DNA of 64,000 nt from the human T2T-CHM13v2.0 reference genome, Homo sapiens: the NCBI RefSeq assembly GCF_009914755.1, contig NC_060932.1; one strand, written 5' to 3'. The notes beneath the pieces were generated by a model. It worked only from the letters and a program-made list of their open reading frames with translations. It was not told the origin of the DNA and ran no database searches. This document shows positions 11,796-25,574 of this stretch, piece after piece. Position 1 is the stretch's first letter, and each line of letters starts with the position of its first letter. Both the position numbers and the translations under genes were made by a program.

Positions 11796-13774
11796 TTTTA
11801 AAATGATGCACCTATGATGATGCTATACACAATTTAGAGGTCAATAAACATGAGCTATTCTTATTAACCATGGAATGTTACCATCTTTAAAATGGGCCAG
11901 TGACAACAGACTCCATGCCTCTCCATATGACAACCTCATGACGGAGCTTTCTAGAGCCCAGATCCTCAGAGAGCACCTCCTGTCTGCCACACTCCATGCT
12001 AGGCCCTGAGATGCAGCAGTGAACATTCAGACCCAGCTTTGCCTGTCCCCGGGTTCATTCTAGTGGGGATGACACAAGCATCACCTGCATTTAGGACAAG
12101 CACTGGGGGTGTTGGGTTTTTTTTTTTAATGCAATTTGGGAGGTGAGCACTTGGTTCGGTGTATTTGGATTTTTGGCACCAAATTCGGTTTTTGAGCCCT
12201 GACTCTCAACTCCTGTTGGCTGGTGCTGACAAGGCAACTAGCTTGGCTTGGTTTCGTAAGTTCTTGGCGACGGTAATCAGGACAGGTGCTGTGCTCTTAA
12301 GCCAGCTGTGGTTAATCAAAGAGAAGTCCAATCAGGGTGCACAAAATGCTGGAGTATATAGGCCCACTGTGGCCAGGTCGTCCAGTGCTCATGTTTAAAG
12401 AGGAGACCAGACTAGGGATAGGAATCTGACCTGCAGCTCACCCAAGGTGGCACCGATCAACAGTTCAGAGCGGAAACTCCGACCTTCTGATTGCTTTACA
12501 CATCACTGAGCTGTTTAGAAGGCCCTTCACATTTTGGGTGAATGAACGGATTTGAGCAATCACACTTCAAAGTTGCTTTTTCCATCTAGGCCCTTGAACT
12601 GACATTCCAGAGACCAAAGCAAAATGTTGAAAAGCTGCTCCCCGAGTCCCTGGGAACCTCTCCGCATCCCCTGAGCTGTGTCAAGCCTCAGACTGTGACA
12701 GAGCATCTCCCAGAGCCCCATGCAGTGATTCACAGAAGCGGTGGGTGGCTAGAGAAGCCAGCAGGAATTTAAAAAGACCTAAGGTACTCACGTAGGAATG
12801 AGCCTATAAATTCCTCCCCCATCACCGTTGCCAAGGCAATGCAGGTGGGCCCGGAGCCAGCTCTCAGGCAGGAAAATCCCCACCTCCTCCCTCTACACAC
12901 ATTTGCCCTGGCTACATGTGGCTTTTTATGACAGCTTTGCTTCAGCTACTCCTCCTGCAGAAGGCGGCTTATTTTATCCAGATGCCAGCTAGGTTGCAAT
13001 ATTCCGAGAGCATGAAAGAGCCCACAGTGTGATTTTCTCTGAGCTTTGACCTCTCCCTTAGAGATAAGCCCACCTCAAGCCCCTGTTCTTCGAAACTCAG
13101 AGATACCCAGCACTTCAACTCTTGGATTGCAGCCTCCCCTCTGCTCCCCTGCCTTCCTTCATAGCCACGTGTTCAGACCTTCCCGATTCATCGACCATAT
13201 TACAGCCTGAGGACCTCCTCATGGCAACCTGCCCTCCAATCTATGTCACCCACCAAAGCTGACATGCAAACCACAGGTGTTGGAGTCTACACCTGTTTTT
13301 GGAAGAGCAGTGTGGCCACAATCGTAAGGGAAAGACAAAGCCAGCTGTGTTTTGACCTCAAGGACTCTGTTTCTGCTCCCAGCAGGGCCAAGGGTGAGAA
13401 AGAAAAGGGTCAGCCACATTTTGACTCCATTTCTGTTTCTTTTCCCCAGAGGATTTTGTGATGTCTTTCGAATTCCCCTCCCCTGTGCTGCTGCACACAG
13501 AGACACCTTTTTATTCCTAGCCCAGCTGCTGCTATTCGTGATGACAGCCTTGCCATATGGCACCACTCACTCAGCTCCATCAAGCAGCATCAAGCTCATC
13601 TTAATAGTATTTACCCCACACTTCTCTGGCAGTCAAACTCAGCTGCACCCAGAGCTGTCCTATGGGTGTGCCCATCCACTGTACTCCATTGAGAATACTT
13701 ACACGTGTGTATGGATGAAGCTAGATGTGTTACAGCTTCGTCTGGGCTGGGTGCTTTTTATTTTTTAATTGGTG

Positions 13775-14069
<295 letters not shown>

Positions 14070-14879
14070 TCAGCTTGGTGCTTGCTAAGATGAACCAAAA
14101 CAGGCAATTAAGGACCAAAACAGGACAGAAGAAAGGTCCATTCTAAATGTTAACCCACTGTTGTCATTCACCAGACTGTTGATGCCTAATTAGTCGCCGA
14201 TTGCATCAACTGATGGCAGCTGAGAGTCAAGGATGTCACTTGATCTAGAGATAATCTACTTATGCGCTGGAGAGTGGGTAGGGGTAAGCCCGAGTGAATG
14301 GGCACATGCACCAGATAGAGAGGCAGATGGAGCCCAAGCATCTGAGACAGTCATAAGTTTGGGGAGGGAACCTGAAGACGAGCACATGTGCCACCTTATC
14401 CATCTATCTAGCACGGTAGTTTTGTCCCAAAAGAGCCTGGGCATTCTACTGCCATCCCCTCTCCCCTTCCCTGAATGCCACCATCTAGGTAAACCCAGGG
14501 AAGTGTTTTGTTCTTAAGCCTATCCTCTGAGGAAGTAGGGACACGTTTGTGTGACCTGAAATCAATAGGGCCCATGGTGACCCTGTTTCCACCCAACTGT
14601 GGAAGCCCCCTGCCACATTAAGAAATGGAGTGAGCTAGAAATCACAGAAAGATCTAGGAAGCTAAAGACCATGAATACACTTTCAAAGCTTGTTTGAGCA
14701 TTTCTTTTTTTCTTTTTCAGTATTTGAAGGATGAGGCTTATAAACTACTGAAATAAAATGTCATTGTCTAAGATACAGCAATTGACATATGTAAGTCAGC
14801 ATATACAAATGAAATAGATCACTATGAATACTACTTTAAATGCTTTGCTTTTTAGGCCACATGGGGTTTTCAGGGGTGT

Positions 14880-15065
14880 GTTGAGGCAGACTCTAACCTC
14901 TGTCTCTAACCTCTGCAAGACGTGGGAACCCTTTCTGGAGCTGTCTCAACTGTGGTGTCTTCAGTCAGGAAGTGGGGATGACATCACCACATCTTAAATG
15001 TGGGCAGATTAAATAAGATGATGGGTATGAAGCCTAGCACATCACAGGTGCTCAATGCATGTTGG
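14880..15065 (+). mobile_element. MIR
   Basis: GATTAAATAAGATGAT...CCTAGCACA...GGTGCTCAATGCATGTT MIR tail. Confidence 0.55.
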
Positions 15066-17016
15066 TTCTCTCCTCCTTACCTCCTTTCTCCTCCAAATCA
15101 TAGACTTGATGTGTCGGCATCAGCACAGCCCTAGAACAATGAAAAAAATACAAAGAACAACAAGAACCTATTCAGTGTTTTTCACCTTGAATGATGTGAG
15201 TGGAAGACAAGGGAGACTGACATGTTAGTGAGAGAAATAAGATGGATGGACACTAAATGATGCCTGTTTGGACTGACAGTAGCCCATTCACACATTTCTC
15301 CAAAAAGGACTGATTATATTAGATGTGCAGCTCTTCTATCCCCTTTTCAAAAGAAAAAAAAAGAAAGGCTTAACAATTCTAGAGAGAGGCTATCAAAATC
15401 TGCCTTTACTGCTTATTTTCATGATCTCATGCATATTCCTCATCGTCCAGTATTATTTTATACAGATATAAATGTCTGGCTCCAACTATCAAAACAAGCC
15501 TGCTACCACTTGGGGGTTAAAACATGCAGGCTCTGGGCTCTCTGCAGAAAGGACTTTTTAAAAATTGTCAGATGCTTCCGTGAGGCAGGGCTGTGCGTGC
15601 CTGTGTGGTCTGAGCAGGCTGGCAATAGGAGGGCTCCCCTTCACAGAAACCCCCAGAGCGCAATCTTGGGGGACACATCGGGAGGCAGCCAGGCATGGGG
15701 ATTTTCCAGCCTGCCTTCCCCGCCCTGCCTGTGACAACTCAGCTCATGCATCAGGCAGCGAATCCCATTCACGAAGCTGTCAGTGACTGCTGAATTCATT
15801 GAGAGACTCGGAACCCATCTCGCCGAGGTTCAACTGTGGGTTAATCCCAGCTAACCTAAATCATTGTTCCCTGAACACAAAGGAATGTGGAATTCTGTGC
15901 TGGGGCTGTGTGTCAGCACGGCTTCCTTGCTAGGTAGAAATATATTCAGCCTCAAGCGAGAGAGAATATATGAATATGTGAGTAGCTGGGCAGCTACGCT
16001 TCTCCCTCCAGCCAGAGGCTTCCATTTACTGCCGCCCCCAGGGCATCCAGAGGCATGGTTTGGACCACAAAATCCTGTTCTGTAAACAAATGAATCTCAC
16101 AAGGGTCAGTTTTATTTTTTTCATGCTCCACTTCCAAAATCTACAACTGTAGGATGTTTGCTGTCTTCCCCTTCTACCATAAAGACAGCCACCAGTAGGG
16201 GAGGGTATGTGTAGGGGAGACATTGCTGTTTTGGGGCCATCCATTTAGAAAGCATTTGAGGTTACAGTGTCCCTTCATGAGGCACAACTCTGCAAGGACC
16301 AGTTCCATAGCATAGTGAGATTAATATGCATATTAGAATCTGTACATAATCTTCACACGCAGTAATTGCAGTCATAGGCTCTAGACATAAAGAAACATGC
16401 ATTTTATAATAGTACTGGATCAATAAAAAAAACCCAGGAGTTAACATTTAGCTCACAAATTGAAGAAAATATTAAATTCATTGAGAAATAGGCAAACCAT
16501 AAGGCTGTAAAATGGTCCATTATAGTCAGAAAACTCATCTGCATTGTGAGAGCGCTGAGTACAAGACCTCACCATAAATCTACAAAAGAAAGGCTACTCT
16601 TCCAGACTCAGAAGGAGAGAAGGGAACAAAAATCACATTAGCAATGTATATTGCTCCCAGATTACAAAATTAGGGTTTATAGGGAAAAATTCAGCCTGCA
16701 GTAATGGTCAGTAAAAATGACCGGTTTTATAGAACCGGAACTTGTAAAGATAAAGGAGAAAAGGCAGCAGGAAAAACATTAAAAAGACTCCCACAGAAAC
16801 CTGTCCAGAAATAGAAATTCAGAGGACTTCCTGCCCTTTAATAAAATAAGCTCAATTGAGATGAAGCAGAATTATGGATGAAGCAAGGCAAATTATTTGA
16901 TCAAACTAAGAAATTTTTTTTTAATAGTCATTCAGGAAAGAGCAAAAACCACTACAGTTATCTACCATGGATAGAGGTTGTTCAGAGCTGGTAAAGTAAT
17001 TAAATCTGTCACCAGT

Positions 17017-17320
17017 CACCAGGCACGGTGGCTCATGTCTGTAATGCCAGCATTTTAGGAGGCTGAGGTGGGCAGATCACCCGAGGTCAGGAGTTTGAGA
17101 CCAGCCTCGCCAGCATGGTGAAACTCCACCTCTACGAAAATACAAAAATTAGCTGAGCTTATTGGTGCATGCCTATAGTCCCAGCTACTCTGGAGGCTGA
17201 GGCATAAGAATCATTTGAACCCAGGAGGCGAAAGTTACAGTTTCGCCTTGATTGTATCAGCCTGGGCGATAGAGCGAGACTCCATCTCAACAAACAAACA
17301 AACAAACAAACAAACAAAAA
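17017..17320 (+). mobile_element. AluS with (CAAA)n tail
   Basis: Dimeric Alu with a small deletion in the right arm; tail converted to an AAAC microsatellite. Confidence 0.95.
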
Positions 17321-18009
17321 CTGTTGCCAGAAGCTCACCAACTTGCATGCTGTGGCTTGTACCAATGGGTAGGTGCAGCTATGTAGCTAAGCTACACTTC
17401 AAGACTTCAACTGCAAATGTATGATAATAAATGGATTAAGCCAATAAAGTTTTATAAGTGCAAACCTAAGAATATATTCTTTAATGGCTGCTATGAAATA
17501 TGCTGGAATAGGGCCAGAATATTAACACACATTCTGGCCAACACTTCAGACGTTTGGTTATTTAAGAGAAGTAATAGAGGCAGGGAGTTCCCCATCCGAG
17601 CTGTCTTCACTGCATTCACACCCACAGTCGTGAATGAAGGATCACTGTGAACCCAGCATTGCATCTAATGCTCCAGACACAAAGGTGGGAAGTTTCTTAA
17701 GATGCTCACAGTTAACTAGCACAAAAAAAAATTTTTTTTCAATCAATGCATGATGTGTAATAGGAGGCTGTGAGGGAAAGCAGGCTTGGGAATGACTTCT
17801 GTAAGAGGCTGGAAATCCTCTTTGCATCAAAGATAGCCATGTAGCCAAGCTATGGCCCTTAAGACAAAGTCAGAAATTTAGTTTTGTTTTAGGGGGTCTG
17901 GGATTGGGGGCTTCTTTGAAAGTTTTTTGTGATTTAAAAGGAATGACTTAACTGCTGCAAAACCCCCCCGCAGTCACTCTTTTTTTTTTTTTTCTATCTT
18001 TTCTCTTTT

Positions 18010-18258
18010 TGGCTTACGTAGAGATGTGAGCAGGCACCATAGCAGCTGTCTTGCAACCATGAGTAAAAGGCTAAGGAAATTGCAGAAATAACCCTGGCAC
18101 CAGTATGTCTGCATTCTAATGTCACAGTAACCCCGACTGCTAAGCCAACACCAGTACCTGCCACCTACTGATGTCTTGTTATAGACAAGAAAAAAATCTA
18201 CCCAGGTGTGTTTAGACCACAGTGGTTGGTGCAGCCAAATGCATTCCTAACTGACACA
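18010..18258 (+). mobile_element. ERVL-class LTR, LTR33-like (3' part)
   Basis: GCAGCTGTCTTGCAACCATGAG...TGCAGCCAAATGCATTCCTAACTGACACA end. Confidence 0.65.
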
Positions 18259-18664
18259 TTTTCTAAGGAGTCTATCTCATGCTGTAACTCCACTAGTCAA
18301 ATGTTGACACTGGTGCCTTATTGCTGATGAAGTCCAAACTTGTTTGCCTTTATTGTTAGTCTGACTTCTCCCTTCCTTTCAGCATTACCACCCCTGTTCC
18401 CAACATGAGACTCTCCAGTGGAGCCAGGATGGCCTCTTCCCTCTTGTTCCAGCTAGCAAATTAAATTTTCCTGCTGGAAACTCCTGTAGCCCTTGAAGAG
18501 TTGCACAATGATACACTTCTCTGTTTCCACCTGGTCCCCAGTGCTGAGCACTTTCTGAGGGCCAGAACTAGAGCACATGTTTACTTTTCCATGTCTCCCA
18601 TGATAACTGGCATGCTACTGAGCACATCTGGGGAGACAGTAACAGAATGTCTGGCAGAAGCAAA

Positions 18665-18830
18665 GCTTAGCTAGATCTGCTCCAACCCCCTCCTTTTGAT
18701 TGGACGGCCAAGACCCAAAAAGGTGAAGGGAACTCACTCAGGGTTACACAATGGAGTATTAATAGGCCCAGAATCACAACCCCAGGCTGCTGTCTCTTCG
18801 ATGAGCATATTTTCCACTATACCTCACTGT
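18665..18830 (-). mobile_element. MIR/MIR3
   Basis: CAGGGTTACACA...TTTTCCACTATACCTCACTG reverse MIR 5' end. Confidence 0.5.
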
Positions 18831-19216
18831 CTAAAAGAAAAGTGCCAATTAGAGGCACACAAAGTAACAAAGCTGGTGATGACTATAATGGATGATTACG
18901 TCTTTTCAGAGGGCATGAAAAAGAGAGCTGAGTAGAGGCTGATGTGAAGGAGCTTCTTCAGTGTATAATTAACTGTTGGCTTCTTTGTATTGTTCCAGTA
19001 ATGAACTCAGCAATGAGCTGCAGAACACCCTTGCCTGAAGGGGCAAGAATAGCAATGCCAGTCTTGTCGGAAGACTGCTTATGGGCTGGGGTCTTTGGCG
19101 AGCTCTGAGTCACTGGGTCCATTTCCCATTCACATGCATTTACGATGGAGCCTGACATGTACCTCAATGCCTCTCCTCTTTCTAACAGGCTGGGAACTGT
19201 GCTGTAAGCTGTTTTG

Positions 19217-19534
<318 letters not shown>

Positions 19535-19611
19535 TGAAGCTTCAGAGATTATGAAAGACTGTGATCCCCAGAATGACTTGACTGGAGGCCCCTGAGAAGA
19601 TGGAAGTTGTT

Positions 19612-19760
19612 GATTCACAGTCATAAAATCTTAGATTTTGGAGCCAGATGAAACCCTGGAGATGACCTAGTCCAATCTCTTTATTTTAAGATGGAAAAAC
19701 TGAAGCCCAGAGACAGAAAGTGACTAGCCTGCAGTCACACAGCCAGGAGTGACAGAACTG
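19612..19760 (-). mobile_element. MIR3
   Basis: GAGATGACCTAGTCCAA...AGATGGAAAAACTGAAGCCCAGAGA...GTCACACAGC. Confidence 0.7.
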
Positions 19761-21194
19761 TCAGATGCTGTGTTCCTCTGCTGCTTCCTGGATACACACA
19801 CTGCTGGACACACCTCCCAGGCCTTGGCTCTCTGACGCCAGAGTGTCAAATGTCTTCCAGAGCCCCCTGAAGTGTCATGCTGCTTACTGGAAAGATACGT
19901 GGATTGCTACCTAACAAGAAATGAGGCAAAGCCATTTTTTTCCTCCCCAGCTAATCAATAACTGGACACAGGGGCCTCCCTTTCTTGAAACATGATCTAA
20001 AATACAACATAGGGTGAGTGAGGGATTTGGCAAGACTGCCAGTCCCTTTTGTTTAAACACAGAAGCCAGACAGATCAATGGATAGGGTGAACTACGTTGT
20101 ATGATGTCGTTTGTCTTAATATCCAATATGAGGCTTTAAAACTAAGTTTGCAGAATCACAAAGAATAAGAACTAAAAGAGAAGAGGAAGCCAAGGAGCAG
20201 AGTCTGTCCAGAGTCAGATATCTCAACAGTGACAGAATCAGTATTAATAGTGAACGAAAACTCTGGGCAAGATAACACACCAAGTTATTAAAAGGCCACG
20301 GAGCATTTATAAAAGGCACGTATCAATAGAAATGTTGAATTACAAATTCAAACCCCTGTGACCTGCCTGGTGTTCCAGCTCAGTGGTTTTCCGATATCTA
20401 TGCCAGAGCCACTGAGGCTGCACCTCAAATCAAGGCTGGCTGAGGTCACAAATCAGTGCAGGTGTCCAGAACTCCCGGCTTGGCAAGGGAAGCTCCTAAG
20501 ATCACCATCCTGAAATTCTTAATTTTATCTTGGAATTCCTATTTCTGACGGGAAAGTGAAGAATGCACTAGGATGTGGGAGCCTTGTTTCACACTCAGGC
20601 CCCACCACCACAATCTCCCTGTTCCCTGGGAAGGGTTCTTCACTGCCTCCCGGTCCTGGTGCCCTGCCCTTGCCCCACCTCCCCCACCCCACCCCACAAG
20701 GGATCCTGCCCACTGCCTGGGGCATCAGTGAGCTCACTTAGGCTGGGGATGGGGCGGGGTGCAAGCTGTCATTCTCTCATCACTCTCTGCCTCCAGTGAG
20801 AACCTGTGCACAGACAAGGATGCTGGAAGGTTCAGGGGTGTCTCAGGGCAGGGCATGGTGGTCGCTGTCCCCATCCCTGGCTGGCAGCTGTCCTCATCTC
20901 CGGCTGGCAGTACCATGGCTGTTCAGTACACATCCAGGCAGGTGTGAGCCTCTGCCTACCCAACCCAGGTCCCAACCACTTCTCAGTGTTGAGATTGCGA
21001 TCCCTTGAGAGTCTCCAGTCCTCTGTGAGTTAGGGCTGACTCCCATAACCTGGCTGGGCAGAGAACATCAATCTGGGGGCTGACAGAGAATGTCCTGTCC
21101 TGGAAGCTAGTGGGTAACACTGCAAAGTCACAAATAGGGGTCCCCAGGCACTTGTGAGAGTCCATACTGACCCTTGCAAATATCCCCATGCCTG

Positions 21195-21369
21195 AGGGAG
21201 TGCAATATCAAATAGCAAAAATTTTTAAAGCATAATAGGGAAAGAAACCAGAAAGAAAAGAAAGAGTTTAATATTTTGGAACCTTTAACAGCACTTTTGT
21301 CTAGCTTTTGAATAAGGTGCCTGCAATTTCATTTTGCACTACAGCCCACAAATTAAGCAGCTGGTCCTG
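21195..21369 (-). mobile_element. MER91A-like DNA element
   Basis: CCTTTAACAGCACTTTT...TTCATTTTGCACT...CCCACAAATTAAGCAGCTGGTCCTG. Confidence 0.65.
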
Positions 21370-21574
21370 CCTCAAGCTTAACCCAGGCCCTGGGACCTAT
21401 CACATCCATATAGGACGTTAAGGATCCAAATGACTTGGTAATGCATGGAATAAGAAAGTAATCCTTGCTTGAATGTGTACTTTAATTTCTGCCCTACCTT
21501 GTACTCCAGAGTTATTGCTACATTCCTGTCTTGGTCTCTTTGCCTTACTTTCCAATTGGAGTTTTGCTCTAGAA

Positions 21575-21913
21575 CAGGGGTCCCCATCCTCTGGGCCATG
21601 GAACCATGCTGGTCCGTGGTCTGCTAGGAACCAGGTCACAGAGCAGGAGGTGAGTAGCGGGCAAGTGAGCATTACCACCTGAGCTCCGCCTCCTGTCAGA
21701 TCAGCATCAGCTATAGATTCTCACAGGAGCATGAACCCTATTGTGAACTGTGCCTGCGAGGGATCTAGGTTGAGCACTCCTTGTGAGAATCTAACTAATG
21801 CCTTATGACCCGAGGTGGAACAGTTTCATCCCGAAACCATCCCTGCTCCCATCCATGGAAAAATTGTCTTCCACGAAATGGGTCCCTAGTGCCAAAAAGG
21901 CTGGGGACCCCTG
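21575..21913 (+). mobile_element. MER1B (hAT-Charlie MITE), full length
   Basis: TIRs CAGGGGTCCCCA...TGGGGACCCCTG; 8-bp TSD CTCTAGAA/TTCTAGAA; 339 bp. Confidence 0.92.
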
Positions 21914-22320
21914 TTCTAGAACACCAATCCCTAAGATCTGCTACCTACATCTTTCTAAAGTTACCTGCTTGTCAAAATATTCATCCTCTCCTCCTATAGG
22001 AATCTCTCAGGCCTCATATCCTGGGCCAGTGGGCCCATCAAGGAGAGAGGAAAGAGCCAACGTCTGATAGTTGCCTACTCCGTAGCAGAGCTTCACCTAA
22101 GTTGAGTCCTCAATTCCACACTCTGTTCGTTGGAAACAATACTAGTCCCAGCTGTGACATAAAAAGATGGCATGTTCTATTTTAAGAGGCAGTTTCTTTG
22201 GTCTGGTTTCTTTGTATTGATTCTGTGTGGTCAGAAGTAACTAGGAATACTGTCTTCACCAAGAGACAACTTAGTAATTTGAGATTGTTTAACCCATTGA
22301 AGGGTAATTTGAAGAGTTTA

Positions 22321-22693
<373 letters not shown>

Positions 22694-23004
22694 AAAAGGC
22701 AAAGCAAAAGAAAATGAATTTAACTTTGAGCCAGGAGATATTTAATACAAGAAGAAAATTCCTAGGGCTGGAAATTATCTGATGGAAGAGGATACTGAGA
22801 CCATAGACAAGGGGGCCTAGACTCCCATAATGGATTTGGGTTGGAATTCACTCACTAACTATGTGACCCTGACAACTTACCCTCTTTTTAGTGTCCAGTG
22901 CTAAAATGGAGACAATATTATCTACTTCATCATTTTGATTTGTGAAATCAGCCTGCACTCAGCATTTAGTAATTTTGTCTTGCATTTTAATTGGAAATGC
23001 CCTG

Positions 23005-23230
23005 GTACAGGATAAAGAGCATGGATTTTGGAATCTGGCAGTCTTGAGTCAGGATTCCATATCTGCCACAACAGAGTTACCTTCAGAGAGAGATTATTGC
23101 ACCTTGGTTTTCTGTAAACAGGAGATAGGCCACCTATAACACATCTGTTTTGAATATTAAATGAGATAGCCATTAATAGATTAATGTATAAAGTGTCTGA
23201 AATGTATTAGCACTTAACAAACATTAATGC
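23005..23230 (+). mobile_element. MIR
   Basis: AAAGAGCATGGATTTTGGAATC start; ATTAAATGAGATA...AAAGTGTCTG tail. Confidence 0.6.
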
Positions 23231-23267
23231 TCTCTCTTCCATCTAATCACATGCACACATGCCCACG

Positions 23268-23297
23268 CACACACACACACACATACACACACACACA
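23268..23297 (+). repeat. (CA)n microsatellite
   Basis: Directly visible. Confidence 0.95.
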
Positions 23298-24834
23298 AGT
23301 GGCTTTAATCAGTAACAGAAAGTGAAATGTTGATGAATCCTAGTTTTTTTTAATTGCAAAGTGTGTGAAAGCCAAGCATACTTGCAGAAACTGGAGATTG
23401 TTTTTATTTACTCAGAGACAATACTGACTTTAAAGAAAACAAAATATCTAAACTAACAATGGAAGCATAAACATCGCCCTCAATGATGGTCATTGTGGTG
23501 TCCCTGTCTTCAGACAGTGGCCACCTCTGTGCTTTAACCTGGACCAAAGCCTCTGAATTCTGCCGCCCTTAATGGTGACAGGCACCTGCAGGATAGCCTA
23601 AGTCCCCAACACCAGCATGGCCTCCAGGTTTTGGCGACAAGATTCCTCTCATCAGCATGTCTGCAACGCTCCTTTCTCTTAGGAGATATGTTGACTCATT
23701 ATACCTATTTTTAATAAAAAGGCAAATTTAAGCCTTAATTTGTATTTTAAAATAAATTATTTTAAGGCATGGACCCACTAGGGAATTAGTTACAAATGGT
23801 TTTTAGTGGTACACATTTAATGAACATTTAACCAAAGAAAGAAAATTGCTGGTATGCATAATTTCTTTTTTTTAACCAGCTGAGTATATAAATCCAATCT
23901 GTCCTTTCTCTTTAACTACTTTTGCCATAAAACCACTTATTTTACGGCTGTGGTGACATAGCACGGCTGTTTCACTTTATGATTAATAAAGTAATTAGCA
24001 CCAGTTCTAATATTCTTAGCAAAAAGGCTGGGCTTTAGATATTTCTGTTGCACTAATAGGTTTTCTAAAGCTACGTGGCGCACATGGAAGATGGCCTGCT
24101 GGGGCCTGCAGAATGCATTTTCTAATGTACATCGTCAAGATCAATTGATAAATTACGTCAGTCTGGGTTAGTCATCATACAGAAAATATCATTAGAGATG
24201 AAAAAGGAATGAAAGGATGTGGGCAGGGGTAATTTGGTTTTCATTGTTGATTTCTGTTATAGAACTATTCTTGTAGGCAATTACCAAAACACAAAATGCC
24301 AGGGAAAATAAAAAACTCTGGAAAAGAAGAGCCTATTAGAACAAGATATGTGGTAAACAGACAAGAATGATAGCTCTTTTGAAACAGTATCCCATGGAGT
24401 CCAACTGGGGAGCATATTTCTGACTCTGCACACAGTGTCTTTGGGGCCACGCCAAATGCAGAACTGGATCATGAGCTCCGTTACGTCCTTCCTTCTGAAA
24501 TGTGTTTTCTTAGTGTGTCTTTGAGGACAATGCAGGGGTGCAGGTCACAGCAAAGGTGTGCTGGGAAGAGAGCCACCGTGGTCCGAGGAATTGCAGTGTT
24601 GATTCCTCTTGGAAACGTGAGGATGCTGAGCTCATTCACAAGGGAAACTCTGGGCCCTTTGTAGTTGCAAAACTAAAAATAAAAAATTGCATTTATGCAT
24701 GGACATTGCTGAAAAACAAATCCCCTCTGTTTTCAGGGCTTGCTTTGGAAATCTATTGAAGCAATTTGATTCCTGGGACAGGATATAAATTTTCTTACCA
24801 GCCTTACAATCGTTGACCTCATTGCCCTTTCATA

Positions 24835-24925
24835 ATTCATTCATTCATTCAATAAGCATTTACGCTATGTCAGGCCTGGGCTTGGCCTTGGGGAGACAAC
24901 GATCCTTGCTTAGGGAGCCCATAGT
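24835..24925 (-). mobile_element. L2 3' tail
   Basis: CATTCATTCATTCAATAAGCATTTA reverse L2 terminus. Confidence 0.6.
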
Positions 24926-24939
24926 GTCTCATAAATAAT

Positions 24940-25155
24940 AGTTTGGGCTCTGGAGTTAGACAAACGTGTATCCAGGTGTCGCTACTTATTGGCTAAGTGA
25001 CTTTGGATATGTTACTCACACAAGCCAGATCTCAAATGAGGACAATAAGTATACCTACCTCATAGGGTTGTTGTGAGGATTAAATGAGGTAATGCTAGCT
25101 AAGGGGCTGCAGAGAATATCACGCATTATGTGTGTTCAATTAAATAGAAGCTATC
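24940..25155 (+). mobile_element. MIR
   Basis: GGGCTCTGGAGTTAGAC...ACCTACCTCATAGGGTTGTTGTGAGGATTAAATGAG close to MIR consensus. Confidence 0.85.
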
Positions 25156-25574
25156 ACTAGTATTAAGATCATGCTGCTGATTCAGGACTATGCAGAGACA
25201 CACTTTGAGCTGCTTCTCTGGTGCTAGATATGAATTCATATAGAGTCATCTGAGCTTTCTCCTTGACGTCTCCTTGGGATCTATTGTGCATATCTGCAAA
25301 TCGTTTTCTCTGATCAGAGAAAAATCAGCAATTGGTAGAGATTGAATAAGATGCCAATACTGATCAGCCCAGGACTCCATCAATCAAACTACCCAATCCA
25401 AACAAACCCTGTTAGGGATGCCGGATGCTTCCTCTCTCTTTCCTCCTCCCACTCCTCTTTCCCTCTTCTTTCTTTCCTCTCCTCTCCCTTCTCATTCTCA
25501 CCTATCACCTAAATTCTCCTCACCCCCTCCTCTCTCCTCCCCACTGCCTGGTCATGTGGCATAACCTTAGATTC

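Noticed and set aside
16460-16960. A-rich stretch possibly from an ancient L1/HAL1
   Set aside because: Too degenerate to assign by eye
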